A DNA stretch of 64,000 nt. Origin: Bacteroidia bacterium. GTDB taxonomy: Bacteria > Bacteroidota > Bacteroidia > SpSt-205. A program made the position numbers and the translations under genes. Position 1 is the first letter of the stretch. Each line of letters begins with the position of its first letter. Of the stretch, positions 1-9,958 are shown piece after piece. Below the pieces are notes generated by a model, which saw only the letters and a program-made list of their open reading frames with translations, did no database searches and was not told the DNA's origin. The DNA lies in the NCBI GenBank assembly GCA_025059535.1, contig JANXCX010000024.1, positions 106,569 to 170,568 on the forward strand. Reading direction: 5' to 3'.

Positions 1-1
1 C

Positions 2-1030
2 GATACTTCTTTTCGGATCAGGCCAGATGGGCGTGTCGTGAAGGATGAAGGGAAGCCCCTCATGCGTTTAGTCACGATACGCGAGCCTATTATACGCGGG
101 GGTATTACTTTCACCCCTTTTACTGGTACTATCCTACGTGCTTCGTGGGGACAAGGCCTACGCAGCCCCTCTGTAGCTGAACGCTTTACCGCTACAGGCG
201 CTGGCGGCATCTTAGTCTTCCCTAATCCCTACGTGAAGGTAGAGCGCGGCTATAGCGCCGAAATCGGCCTCCGCCAATACCTAAAAATTGGCGAGGCCCT
301 CAAGGGCTTTCTGGATATCTCCGCTTTCCGCATGGAATTCCGCGATATGGTGGAATTCCAGGTAAATACCGAAGTTTTCTTGCGCCTAAGCGGCCAATTG
401 CCCTTCTCTGCTATCAACCTCTCGCGCGCGCGCATAGACGGTATAGAACCGCTATGGGGCTTACGGTATGAAAAAGGAAAGTTTTTCCTAAGTCTCAATG
501 GAGGTGCTACTCTAATAAATCCCATCAATCCAGATGGCAGCAAAGAACTTGATACACTAAATAATAACGAAGGGGCCTTCAGAGTGCTTCAAGCGGCCTT
601 GAACCCCAATGTTCAGCCCGGCACGCCTGAGTATAACATCGCCCGCGATATTCCCTATACCCTCAAATACCGCAATAAGCAAATCGTACGCGGCATTTTT
701 GAGATTGGCTACGGAAGCGTCTCTCTCACCACTAATTTCCGCTACAGTAGCGGCATTACAAATGTGGATAAGCTCTTTTTCCTTCTGGGCGTAGTTTCCT
801 CGGGCGATCCTAATGCTACGGCACGGCAGCTAGCGGGCTTAGAAGAGTTTTACCGCGATTATGCCGCTAAGCCTTATACCGTTTGGGACTTTATCCTAGC
901 CTACGATACCAAGCGGGTGCGATGGTCCTTCCACATATTCAATGCCTTCAATCGGATTTACACTACTTTGCCGGGGACATTGAATGAGCAGCGGTCATTT
1001 GCAATTCAATGCATAATTCGCGTTCAGTAG
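2..1030 (+). CDS. TonB-dependent receptor, C-terminal part (5'-truncated)
   Basis: Frame is open to the window edge. Barrel motifs RASWGQGLRSPSVAERF, NPYVKVERGYSAEIG and FNAFNRIY, plus a terminal amphipathic strand. Confidence 0.85.
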   Translation, partial: DTSFRIRPDGRVVKDEGKPLMRLVTIREPIIRGGITFTPFTGTILRASWGQGLRSPSVAERFTATGAGGILVFPNPYVKVERGYSAEIGLRQYLKIGEALKGFLDISAFRMEFRDMVEFQVNTEVFLRLSGQLPFSAINLSRARIDGIEPLWGLRYEKGKFFLSLNGGATLINPINPDGSKELDTLNNNEGAFRVLQAALNPNVQPGTPEYNIARDIPYTLKYRNKQIVRGIFEIGYGSVSLTTNFRYSSGITNVDKLFFLLGVVSSGDPNATARQLAGLEEFYRDYAAKPYTVWDFILAYDTKRVRWSFHIFNAFNRIYTTLPGTLNEQRSFAIQCIIRVQ

Positions 1031-1038
1031 AATTTACC

Positions 1039-1046
1039 TACCTTTG
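1039..1046 (+). promoter_or_regulatory. Bacteroidota -7 promoter box TACCTTTG
   Basis: Matches TAnnTTTG; 8 nt before ATG 1055. Confidence 0.6.
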
Positions 1047-1054
1047 CTGGCAGT

Positions 1055-1849
1055 ATGCGTAGTATGCGAGTCGTGCTTGTCAGTGTGGCCCTGCTAAGTG
1101 GGGGCCTACTCCATGCCCAAGAAGGCGTGAAATTCGGGTTGCGATTGTCGCCGGGGATTGGCTTTTTCGGCGTTGACTCAAGCGGCCGTACCTCCATCAA
1201 GAACCTCACCTCTAGTGGTGCCTTCAACATCGCTGGAGGGTTAATGCTTAGCTTCGGATTTTCGGATAATGTGGCCCTAATCTTAGGGCTCGGCATGGCC
1301 CGCGGCAGCGGCAAGATTACCCTAAAGCCCGACTATGGCATAGTCGGCCGCGTGGGAACTAACGCTGACACCCTTTACCTCCGAGAAACCGGCCTTACAG
1401 GCGAGTCGCCGATTTCCTACCGCCTTACTAGCCTCAATGTACCTGTATTCATCAAGCTGCGCACAAACCCTATAGCTGAAACGCCTATCCGCGCAAAGGC
1501 CCTTTTAGGTGGTCAGGTAGACTTACGTATAGGCTCCTCCACTAAGTCCGAGCGCCGCTTGGTAGCGGAGTCTTTTATTGATGAGGGTGTCGTACGTACC
1601 AGCGACCATTTTGGTAGCTTCTTTGCACAGCTCTCCGCCGGGGCGGGCGTAGATGTAGTTCTGGAAGGCATTGGTACGATTGACTTTACAATCCTTTACA
1701 ATCATGGCTTGACTAATTTCCTAAATAAAGACTTCAAATTTGAGGCTACGGTGAATAATACCACCTATACTGACCTGAAGCCGTACGAAAAGCTGCGCGG
1801 CATTCTTAGTACCTTGCAGTTCCAGCTCATCTTCTGGTTCGGCGAATAA
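1055..1849 (+). CDS. Outer membrane beta-barrel protein (PorT/porin-family-like)
   Basis: Signal peptide ending LHA-Q, KFGLR, LNVPVFIKLRT, LYNHGLTN and a C-terminal QFQLIFWF strand. Confidence 0.75.
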   Translation: MRSMRVVLVSVALLSGGLLHAQEGVKFGLRLSPGIGFFGVDSSGRTSIKNLTSSGAFNIAGGLMLSFGFSDNVALILGLGMARGSGKITLKPDYGIVGRVGTNADTLYLRETGLTGESPISYRLTSLNVPVFIKLRTNPIAETPIRAKALLGGQVDLRIGSSTKSERRLVAESFIDEGVVRTSDHFGSFFAQLSAGAGVDVVLEGIGTIDFTILYNHGLTNFLNKDFKFEATVNNTTYTDLKPYEKLRGILSTLQFQLIFWFGE

Positions 1850-1870
1850 GCCTTTTAGCTGGCTTGCTTC

Positions 1871-1905
1871 GGGCACCCTCTTATAGAGGGTGCCCAGTTT
1901 TTTTA
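1871..1905 (+). terminator. Intrinsic terminator
   Basis: 11-bp perfect stem GGGCACCCTCT-tat-AGAGGGTGCCC followed by AGTTTTTTT, between convergent genes. Confidence 0.85.
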
Positions 1906-1907
1906 TT

Positions 1908-2669
1908 TTAGCGCAGAAATAGAACCACGCCGATTACCATCAGTACCGTTGCGAATAGGCGGGCTAAATGGACCCCAGCCACCCGCTGAGCCAGGCGCGA
2001 GCTTAATGCGCTACCTAAAAATATGCCCACCCCTAAGGCTAAACTGACGCCCACGGCTACATTCCCACTGCGCCAATAAGGAATAACGGCCATAAAGCTT
2101 ACGGGCAGTGTCATAGTAAGGAGGCTTGTGCCTTGAGCCGTATGCTGGTCTAGGCCCGCTAACGCCACGAGTAAGGGCACAATAATCACTCCCCCTCCTA
2201 ATCCTGTAAGACCTTTTAGGGCACCGGCCAATAGCCCTACAAACACCCCTAATAGTAGGCGTTGCCAGATAGAACGTACAACTGGATGGGCTTTTTGTAT
2301 CCGCCGCCCCGCCTGCCAAAACTGCCACATACTTACAGCAATCAGAAAAAAGGCAAATACCCGCCTCAACAGCACGGTAGACCAGCTTTGTATCCACGCC
2401 GCTACGAAGAAGCTGGCTATCCCTAAGCCGGTGGCTATTCCTAAAGCCAAGCGCCATTCTACACGGCCGTACCGATAGTAATTCCACGCCGCCCAGCCAA
2501 ATACAGGGAAGGCAAAAGCTAAAAGGGCCGTACCCTGCGCTAAATGCTGCGAATACCCCAAAAGAAGTACAAGGAGGGGAATGATAATCGTTCCACCTCC
2601 TATGCCTATCATCCCGCTCAGAAGGCCCGCAAGCATTCCAAGCCCTATACCTACAAGCAGCTCGTGCAT
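1908..2669 (-). CDS. Sulfite exporter TauE/SafE family protein
   Basis: Duplicated GxGGGxIIxPLL...QHxAQGTxL motif; about 8 TM segments. Confidence 0.9.
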   Translation of the reverse strand: MHELLVGIGLGMLAGLLSGMIGIGGGTIIIPLLVLLLGYSQHLAQGTALLAFAFPVFGWAAWNYYRYGRVEWRLALGIATGLGIASFFVAAWIQSWSTVLLRRVFAFFLIAVSMWQFWQAGRRIQKAHPVVRSIWQRLLLGVFVGLLAGALKGLTGLGGGVIIVPLLVALAGLDQHTAQGTSLLTMTLPVSFMAVIPYWRSGNVAVGVSLALGVGIFLGSALSSRLAQRVAGVHLARLFATVLMVIGVVLFLR

Positions 2670-2702
2670 AGTTATTTTTGGTTATTTTTGCAACATAATA
2701 AC

Positions 2703-2729
2703 AAAAAAGGGCAGGGTTATACCCTGCCC
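2703..2729 (-). terminator. Intrinsic terminator of the 2757..4778 gene
   Basis: GGGCAGGGT-tat-ACCCTGCCC stem with A6 on the + strand (U-tract on the - strand), about 28 nt after the stop. Confidence 0.8.
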
Positions 2730-2756
2730 CTTTGGTAGGAGGCGTAAGGCCTCTGT

Positions 2757-4778
2757 TTAGTAAAGTACGAGACGCAGGCCTTTGGTATAGCCCCGGTAGG
2801 TAACGCTTAAGAGGTAAGTACCGGGCGCAAGACCGCTGGGTAGGGCGAGGTTATGCGTACCCGAAGGCAGATCGGGCGAAGCCTCCCACAGAAGGCGGCC
2901 TGTCATATCCATAAGACGCAGAACTACGTTGTCACCTTCTGTCAGCTCAATGCGTACCTGGGCAGATTCCTTGGCTGGGTTAGGCCAGAGAAAGGCATTC
3001 CAGTAAGGTGGAAGAGGCGGGAGGGAAAAACCAAGCGCAGGATTAAGGGCACTAGCCACCAGGCCTATGGCATAGTCTACAGTTTCTATTTCACGCGAAG
3101 GCGCCCACACACCCGCCACTCCTTCCAACGCTCGCCGAGAACTTAAGCTACCCTCTTGAGATACTATGCGATTAACGAAATTTTGTGGCAGTGGGCCAGA
3201 GGGCAGCAGGGTAAGGAAACCCACCGCTAAGCCCTGACCCCCCTCTAAGCGTATGGGGTTTGTAAGGCGCACCGTATAGCGCCGAAGGAAAAGAAGCGTC
3301 TCCACCGGCGCGGCTCTATCTATAGTGAGTGTATCTAAAACTTCCCCATTCTCAAAATCTTGCACGCGCAGACCTACCGAATCCAAGCGCTGACCTATGG
3401 CGTCATTGCGCGGATCGTAAGCAAATACCCACAGGGCTACAGGGAAATCGCCATCACCGCGCGGCTGATGCTGATAGAGCATATCCAGCGAGAGGGCTTC
3501 TATGCGCAGGCTATCTGGCGCCACAAAGGTCATCCCACTCGGGAAGCCTAAGCCCCCTGCGCCATCTTCAGCCGGCTCAAATTCGCCATCATCAAAGCGT
3601 AGGAGGTATTTGCCCCTGTTTGGACCGCTTTGCAGAGGAGCACATAGTACGGCACGCGCACGTAGGCGATTATTCGCGGGCAGCGCATCGCCTCCACTCA
3701 ACAGGTTGACTTGATACTCAGCTATAAGCGGCTTAGTGCTCAGAGAGGTAGTGGGTGATTGATCTACAGGAAGGCGCCGTGTAAAAAGTACTGTATCCCG
3801 CGCATCCACATCCAAGCCCGAAGTATGAAGTACGGTATCCCGATGGATAGCTTGGGGGTTGCCTTCCTCAAAAAGCGAGAGAATACACCGAATGTTACCC
3901 GTAGTAGGCTGATTTCCCGTGTTGAATACCACCGCTGGGACGGAGGGGGAAGCGCCATTTTGAAGGAGAAAAACACCTTGACTGTATTCATTGAAGAGCC
4001 AATCCGCCTGAATATCCCGTATAGTGCAGTCAAAGCTGGAGGGGCGCCATATCTTTATAGCTTTTTTAGCGAAAGGCGGTTCCCAACGCTGGGCTATATT
4101 TAACCCACTTTGGCCGGTCGCATTCTCCATACCCACCACATTATAGTTTCCGCTACCATAGCCTGGGTAGTAGCCCGGGCTAATCGTATCATACTGAAGG
4201 AGTATGGAATTGTCGCGTGGGTCTAAAATGATTTGGAAGACGCATTTACCAGTCCATCCCTCGGGCTGCTGGCCATTCCAGTAGGCCACACTGTCCCAGG
4301 TTATCACAAAGCGTCCGGCACCATCAGTGCCATAGGCCAAGCGCGCGCCAGGGATAGGGGTTCCATCCTCCTTGACAAAAGTAAGGTCGGCCAAATAGGC
4401 CGCTATCCACTGATTCGGAAAAGCGGAATTGGGAAAGGTAGGGAAAACTGCGGAGCCTGCCGAAGCCACATTCGCCCGCCGACCAAAAGTTATGTAGCCA
4501 TTATAACCTATGTAGATTTCATCGTACTTATTCCAGTAAAAAGTGAATTCAAACGGCAGGCGGATCGGCCCGACTACCCCATCATCCCCGAGAAGCTGGA
4601 TGAAGCTAGGGTTACCATTATTGAGCTGGCTTGTAGGCACCCACTGGAAAGTCGGTATGGAGTCGGGGTTTCCGACGGCACTTTCGGTATACCACCGATA
4701 GCCGCACAGGTCGCTACCAGTAGGTGCAGGTTGGGCCTTCAGGCTAAGTAGGAGGCCGAGTAAAGTAAGCCAACGCAT
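2757..4778 (-). CDS. T9SS type A sorting-domain secreted protein with a NIDO-like N-terminal region
   Basis: Signal peptide; GDDGVVGPIRLPFEFTFYW...IGYNGYITFG...FQIIL; CTD LWPNPA...DMTGRLL...LAPGTYLL. Confidence 0.8.
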   Translation of the reverse strand: MRWLTLLGLLLSLKAQPAPTGSDLCGYRWYTESAVGNPDSIPTFQWVPTSQLNNGNPSFIQLLGDDGVVGPIRLPFEFTFYWNKYDEIYIGYNGYITFGRRANVASAGSAVFPTFPNSAFPNQWIAAYLADLTFVKEDGTPIPGARLAYGTDGAGRFVITWDSVAYWNGQQPEGWTGKCVFQIILDPRDNSILLQYDTISPGYYPGYGSGNYNVVGMENATGQSGLNIAQRWEPPFAKKAIKIWRPSSFDCTIRDIQADWLFNEYSQGVFLLQNGASPSVPAVVFNTGNQPTTGNIRCILSLFEEGNPQAIHRDTVLHTSGLDVDARDTVLFTRRLPVDQSPTTSLSTKPLIAEYQVNLLSGGDALPANNRLRARAVLCAPLQSGPNRGKYLLRFDDGEFEPAEDGAGGLGFPSGMTFVAPDSLRIEALSLDMLYQHQPRGDGDFPVALWVFAYDPRNDAIGQRLDSVGLRVQDFENGEVLDTLTIDRAAPVETLLFLRRYTVRLTNPIRLEGGQGLAVGFLTLLPSGPLPQNFVNRIVSQEGSLSSRRALEGVAGVWAPSREIETVDYAIGLVASALNPALGFSLPPLPPYWNAFLWPNPAKESAQVRIELTEGDNVVLRLMDMTGRLLWEASPDLPSGTHNLALPSGLAPGTYLLSVTYRGYTKGLRLVLY

Positions 4779-4782
4779 AAGG

Positions 4783-4790
4783 CAAAGTTA
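4783..4790 (-). promoter_or_regulatory. -7 box TAACTTTG
   Basis: 4 nt before ATG 4778. Confidence 0.65.
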
Positions 4791-4861
4791 GAGATAAATC
4801 CAAAAGTAAAGGCAAATCCCACCTAAAGGTTGGCATTTCGGATTCAGCTAAATTTTGCCCG

Positions 4862-5986
4862 ATGCGGCGCGTCGGCATAGTGGGCGGCGGACAGCTTGGC
4901 CGTATGCTTATTCAGGCAGGGATAGATTTGGATTTGCGGCTGCGCGTACTAGATGGCGCAGCTGACTCGCCCTGCTCGGGTATCGCGCACGAATTTGTGC
5001 TAGGGTCGGTGCGCAGCGCTACCGACCTCTATGAGTTTGGAAAAGACTTGGAGATAGTAACCATAGAGCTTGAGGAAGTTTCCGTAGAAGGTCTGCGCCT
5101 ACTTCAAGGGCGGGGGATTCATGTAGCCCCAGCGCCAGCTATCGTAGAGCTTATTCAGGATAAGGGAACGCAACGGCAGTGGTATGCCCAGCACGGCTTT
5201 CCTTGCCCCCGTTTCCAGCTGTGGACGCCAGGTATGCCCATAGAGCTCTCCTTTCCGTTAGTGCAAAAGGCGCGCCGTGGGGGGTATGATGGGCGCGGCG
5301 TCCAGATAGCCCACACGCCCAGCGATCTTTGGCCCGTGCCCAGCGTGCTGGAAGAGTATTTGCCTATTCTCAAAGAAGTAAGCGTGATCGCTGCGCGCAA
5401 CCGCGCCGGCGAAGTGCGCACTTTCCCGCCCGTAGAGTCGGTTTTTCACCCTCAGGCCCATATAGTAACGCACCTGAAAATTCCCGCTGACCTTCCACCT
5501 GACTTGGCGCAAGAGGCCCAGCAGTTAGCTGCTCATTTAGCCGAAACTTTACGCATAGAAGGCCTTTTGGCCGTAGAGCTTTTCCTTACCACTGACAGCC
5601 AATGGTATCTCAACGAAGCGGCTCCTAGGCCACATAATACGGGCCACATCACCGTCAAAGCTTGCTGGACCAGCCAATTTGAGCAGCACTGGCGCGCCAT
5701 TCTAAATTTGCCTTTAGGGGAGACCCGCCTGCACACCCCTGGCGCGCTCGTAAATATCCTCGGGCCCGCTGGCGCCAATGGAACGCCGCGCTTTCCCTTC
5801 TTAGAAGCCATCCTGCGTCTGCCAGGCGTCTCCGTCCACCTTTATGGCAAGCGTAAGAGCACGCCTTTCCGCAAGCTGGGGCATGTCCTCCTCCTTGCCC
5901 CAGACCCTCCTACGCTCCAAAAGCACCTAGCCCAGGTCCAAAGCCTCCTGCAGGTGGAGGTAGAAGAAGAAACTACACAGGGCTGA
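4862..5986 (+). CDS. purK: N5-carboxyaminoimidazole ribonucleotide synthase
   Basis: GIVGGGQLGRML, GGYDGRG, NEAAPRPHNTGH, SQFEQHWRA, HLYGK, RKLGH. Confidence 0.95.
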   Translation: MRRVGIVGGGQLGRMLIQAGIDLDLRLRVLDGAADSPCSGIAHEFVLGSVRSATDLYEFGKDLEIVTIELEEVSVEGLRLLQGRGIHVAPAPAIVELIQDKGTQRQWYAQHGFPCPRFQLWTPGMPIELSFPLVQKARRGGYDGRGVQIAHTPSDLWPVPSVLEEYLPILKEVSVIAARNRAGEVRTFPPVESVFHPQAHIVTHLKIPADLPPDLAQEAQQLAAHLAETLRIEGLLAVELFLTTDSQWYLNEAAPRPHNTGHITVKACWTSQFEQHWRAILNLPLGETRLHTPGALVNILGPAGANGTPRFPFLEAILRLPGVSVHLYGKRKSTPFRKLGHVLLLAPDPPTLQKHLAQVQSLLQVEVEEETTQG

Positions 5987-6007
5987 ATTTAGTTAAGGAC
6001 TTGCATT

Positions 6008-6622
6008 ATGCGCTGGATATGGGCTTTGCCTGTAGCGCTTTTATTTCTTGGATGCCAGCAAGGTCCTCAGCCGCCAGCTGCCTCTATTGAAGCGGCTCAG
6101 CCTACTTCCGCTGGTGAAGGTAAATCCATCCAACTCACTCCCGCCACTAGTCAGATTATCGCGATTGGCCGAAAGCTCACTGGCAAACACGAAATCCGCT
6201 TCCCTCTCAAGAGCGGCCAGCTTACCCTTGCTCCAGATAACTGCATAGCGGGAGGAAAAATCGTCTTAGACATCAGTAAGCTGGAAGTGCTAGACCTCAA
6301 GGGCGAGTGGAAAGGTAAGCTGGAAGAGCATCTGCGCAGCGAAGATTTCTTCCTCACAACCACTTACCCCGAAGCCATATTTGAAATTACCGGCTGCGAA
6401 AAAAGTGCCAGCGATACGGTATATCTTGCGGGAAATCTCACCCTACGGGGCGTTACGAAAAACATTCGGTTTCCCGCTGTGGTTCGGCTGACGCAAGATA
6501 CCCTATATGCCACGGCTAACTTCACTATCAATCGGCAGGAGTGGGGTATAGCCTATAAGGGAAAAGCCGACGATCTGATTCAGGATGAGGTAGCTATTCA
6601 GCTAAACCTTCGGGCACCTTGA
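6008..6622 (+). CDS. YceI family lipoprotein
   Basis: Lipobox FLGC; HLRSEDFF...YPEAIF, GNLTLRGVTK, INRQEWGI. Confidence 0.9.
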   Translation: MRWIWALPVALLFLGCQQGPQPPAASIEAAQPTSAGEGKSIQLTPATSQIIAIGRKLTGKHEIRFPLKSGQLTLAPDNCIAGGKIVLDISKLEVLDLKGEWKGKLEEHLRSEDFFLTTTYPEAIFEITGCEKSASDTVYLAGNLTLRGVTKNIRFPAVVRLTQDTLYATANFTINRQEWGIAYKGKADDLIQDEVAIQLNLRAP

Positions 6623-7945
6623 AACTAAACCTGCCACAAGAAAAAGAATAAGGGTCGGTGTACAAATGGCCAGGTGGCGTAGCTCCAGTATGCGTAGAGC
6701 TATGTGCGTAAAGGGTAAGCAGAGCGCATAGCCACCCAGTAGCCAAAACGCCGGATTAGCAGTGCGCCAGCCTTTCAGGCCCACTAAAGCTAAGCTTCCT
6801 ATGAAGCCAGTGAGGAAAAAAAATGAGCTCGCTATATAGAAGGGGTGTTTGTAAAAAGTTTTTCCCCAGCCGAGCGGGGATAGCGTTTGATTTTCATAGA
6901 TTAGGTAGCCTACGAGCGCATGGGTAAGCTGGAAAAGGGTGGATTGCCAGCGGGTAAGGGTGAGGCCTAATCGCTGCGCTTGGGGGCGCAAGCTATCGTA
7001 GCGAAAACAACTATCAGGCTGACCTCTAGTGGCATGTATCTCCGCTAGCAGCCAGACGAGTTCGTTCTTTTCGGAAGGGGGTAAGTAGCGTGCAGCGGTA
7101 AGGTGGAGAAGCGCCTCAGGTAGAGGGGCTTCATAGCCCATTAGCATGAAGTAAAATCGGCTATCGGATGAAATCCCCAGTCGCTCCGTAAGCGGCCGCA
7201 TAAACTCCCACGGCGGTTCGTGGTAAGCATCTTTGTAGAGCGACCTATTTCCATGAAGGGGACGGAAATCCCCATGTACTTGAAAGTTTCGCCCAATCCA
7301 TAGGCCCTCGGCCAGCAGAAAAGGAAAAAGAAAGGCTAGGACTTGGCGGAGAATGGCCTTTCGCGGGCTCTCCTGCACATACTGGAGGGTAAAGTACGCT
7401 AAGATGGGCAAAAGGAGCACAAGACTAGCAGGCCGCAGAAAGAAAAGGAGGGTAAATAACACCCCGGCCCATCCGTGATATCCCTGCAGAAGGAGTAGGG
7501 GGGTAACGACCATAAGGGCGCTAGCAGGGGCGTCTGTAAGAAGGTCGGTCCAGCGCTGGGCTCCATACAGCCCACCTAGCGTCCAGGCTAAACCCATGAA
7601 ATGGCGCCCCAGCGGAGGCACCCCCTGTAATTTCAGCCAGTATAGGGAATAGTAAACAGTACCTAAGACTAGCCCTAGCTGCAGGATGATAAGGAGCCAT
7701 TCGGCGCTGCGCTCCTGCCGCAATAGGGCATACCCTAAGCCGTAGAGCAGCCCATACCCTGGCAGGCGGTCGTCTGGCCAGTAGAGGCCCTGCTTAAAGT
7801 AGTAAAGGATGGGCTCTAGGTAGCCTGCGCTATCTGGCGCACGAAAAGGCCAATCTCCTTCCCCCCGCCCCCGCCGGTAGAGAGCGTAGATTAGGGAAAG
7901 CACAAAGGCCAAGACTGTCCATAGCGTGGCTACCCCCCCTCTCAC
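6602..7945 (-). CDS. Polytopic membrane protein, probable GT-C (family 39/PMT-like) glycosyltransferase
   Basis: Many TM segments; PDSAGY, RLPGY, LTDA, LRPA and ELRH motifs. Confidence 0.55.
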   Translation of the reverse strand: MRGGVATLWTVLAFVLSLIYALYRRGRGEGDWPFRAPDSAGYLEPILYYFKQGLYWPDDRLPGYGLLYGLGYALLRQERSAEWLLIILQLGLVLGTVYYSLYWLKLQGVPPLGRHFMGLAWTLGGLYGAQRWTDLLTDAPASALMVVTPLLLLQGYHGWAGVLFTLLFFLRPASLVLLLPILAYFTLQYVQESPRKAILRQVLAFLFPFLLAEGLWIGRNFQVHGDFRPLHGNRSLYKDAYHEPPWEFMRPLTERLGISSDSRFYFMLMGYEAPLPEALLHLTAARYLPPSEKNELVWLLAEIHATRGQPDSCFRYDSLRPQAQRLGLTLTRWQSTLFQLTHALVGYLIYENQTLSPLGWGKTFYKHPFYIASSFFFLTGFIGSLALVGLKGWRTANPAFWLLGGYALCLPFTHIALRILELRHLAICTPTLILFLVAGLVSRCPKV

Positions 7946-7947
7946 GC

Positions 7948-9087
7948 TTAGGCGGGCAGAAGGTGCGACACGGGTAGCTCTAAAGCTTCCTGGTAGAGGG
8001 CCTCGTACTGGGGGACTATGCGTTCTACAGCATAGAGGCTAGCGCGCCGCAGTGCCCCAGCGCGGTAAAGCGTATGCTGCCGATATACCTCTAAAATCGC
8101 TTCACGGGCGGCGCGCCAATCGTTGGCCGGATAAAGCCTACCCGCATTTTCCTGAATAAGTTCAGGCAAACCGCCTACGGCGGGTGCCACTACGGGCACC
8201 CCGCAGGCCATGGCTTCTAAAGCCGCTAGTCCAAAGCTTTCATAGGCTGAGGTAAATACGAATATATCCCCTATAGCTAAAAGGGGCGCTATGGACTGGA
8301 GGGTTCCCGTGAAATGTACTCTACCGTAAAGTCCTAATTCGTAAGCCTTTTTCTCGCAGGCGGCCCGCTCTGGCCCATCCCCAATCAAAAGCAGACGAGC
8401 AGAAAGACCTATTTCCAAAAGCTCACGCAGAATTTCCAGAAGCTGAGGGGTCTGCTTCACTGGACGGAAGTTAGAGGCATGGACAAGGAGAAGCTCCTCC
8501 GGCTGCGCATAGGCAGCTCGAAGGCGGCCATTATAGGCGCTAGGAGAGAAGCTTTGAAGATCCACAAAATTCGGTATGACCTTAGGGAGGCTGGAAAGGC
8601 CGAAATTGACCTGACTTTCGCGCGCAAGAGCCTCGGAGACAGCCGTAACTGCGGCGCTACCCTGCAGGGCAAATCGCACCACTTCCCACAAATCAGGATC
8701 CTGGCTCACTAAGGTCGTATCTGTCCCATGAAGCGTAGTAAGGAAGGGAAGGTATATTCCCGCCTGCTGTAAAATAGCCTGCGCTAAGAAGGCACTTATA
8801 GCATGAGGAATGGCATAATGCGCATGAACAAGGTCCAAGCCTTGCTTGGCCAGACGGACTAAACGGCCAGCTAAAGCACTCTCATAGGGTCGGAAACGAA
8901 AAACCGAATAATCTGACGGCACTACTTGATGAAAGTAAAGATTAGGCAGGCAGTTATCCAACCTAAGCGGCGCTTCGGCTGAGAGCAGATACACTGTATG
9001 GCCTCGACAGGCTAAGGCTCGCGCAAGTTCGGTAGCTACTACCCCACTTCCGCCCGGCGTAGAATGGCAGATAATACCAATTCGCAC
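7948..9087 (-). CDS. bshA: N-acetyl-alpha-D-glucosaminyl L-malate synthase (bacillithiol pathway)
   Basis: RIGIICHSTPGGSGVVATELA, HAHYAIPHA, TTLHGTD, HASNFRPVK, ESFGLAALEAMACG. Start placed at GTG 9087. Confidence 0.9.
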   Translation of the reverse strand: MRIGIICHSTPGGSGVVATELARALACRGHTVYLLSAEAPLRLDNCLPNLYFHQVVPSDYSVFRFRPYESALAGRLVRLAKQGLDLVHAHYAIPHAISAFLAQAILQQAGIYLPFLTTLHGTDTTLVSQDPDLWEVVRFALQGSAAVTAVSEALARESQVNFGLSSLPKVIPNFVDLQSFSPSAYNGRLRAAYAQPEELLLVHASNFRPVKQTPQLLEILRELLEIGLSARLLLIGDGPERAACEKKAYELGLYGRVHFTGTLQSIAPLLAIGDIFVFTSAYESFGLAALEAMACGVPVVAPAVGGLPELIQENAGRLYPANDWRAAREAILEVYRQHTLYRAGALRRASLYAVERIVPQYEALYQEALELPVSHLLPA

Positions 9088-9458
9088 AAAAGAAGTTAAC
9101 AAAAAAACCTTTTGGCTTCTAAACAGGCCGGCTTTTGGCTGGCTCACTTAGGCCAGCTGTACAGGTTATTAGATATTTTCAAATAGTGGGGCTAAGTCAT
9201 ATAGGCTTTCTATTCAAAATCGTATATACCCCTAAGTCCTATGGGTTTTTGCTGGCGGGGTGGGGCGCCAAAGGCGAATCCAATTTTGCTATATCCGCTT
9301 CAAGCTCAGCAATCGCTTGGCATTAGGCCCAAAATTATCCAGAGCCTAAGGGGGTTGAACCTTCTCTTTTGAAACAACAGGCTGCGCTTAGTTTAGTATG
9401 AGGTTCTTAGGGCCCCAGTTTGTCCTAAGCCCCCTACCGCCATTTAGCTAAAAATGCC

Positions 9459-9466
9459 TACCTTTG
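9459..9466 (+). promoter_or_regulatory. -7 box TACCTTTG (rimP-nusA-infB-purS)
   Basis: 6 nt before ATG 9473. Confidence 0.65.
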
Positions 9467-9472
9467 TAAAGC

Positions 9473-9952
9473 ATGCATGTCTTGAAGGAGCTTGAGAAGC
9501 GGATAGCCCTTTGGACGGAGAGCCAGCTTGCGGAGGCTTTCCCACAAGCCTTTTTGGTGGAAGCGCGCCTGCGGGTGCGTGGTCCACAGCCAGAGATTCA
9601 CCTGCGCATAGATACCGACAAGGGAATTACGCTGGAAGAATGCCTGCGTATTCATTTTTTCTTACACGATAAGCTTCAATCGGTGGATTGGCTGCCCGAG
9701 AATTGTAGCCTGAGTGTGGGGACGCCGGCTTTAGGTAGCCCTTTGCGGGTGCGGCGGCAGTATATGGCGCGCATTGGGCGCCGCCTACGCATACACACCC
9801 GAAATGGCCAGCGGTGGCGCGGCATCCTACGTGCCGTTTCCGAAAAAGGGCTGCGGCTGCAGACCTCTCGCCGCCTCATATTTCTGCCTTGGGAACGCAT
9901 CGCTTCGGCTTGGCCTGAGTTTGCCCGACCTAAATCCGCTTTCCGTTCCTAA
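9473..9952 (+). CDS. rimP: Ribosome maturation factor RimP (divergent)
   Basis: IDTDKGITLEEC and PLRVRRQY..IGR; located before nusA-infB. Confidence 0.85.
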   Translation: MHVLKELEKRIALWTESQLAEAFPQAFLVEARLRVRGPQPEIHLRIDTDKGITLEECLRIHFFLHDKLQSVDWLPENCSLSVGTPALGSPLRVRRQYMARIGRRLRIHTRNGQRWRGILRAVSEKGLRLQTSRRLIFLPWERIASAWPEFARPKSAFRS

Positions 9953-9958
9953 TTCGCT

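Noticed and set aside
4233-4751. Many 60-170 aa alternative-frame or antisense ORFs (e.g. 4233..4751, 2011..2487, 33602..34033, 55876..56340)
   Set aside because: They are shadows of well-supported genes in moderately GC-rich DNA, with no motifs.
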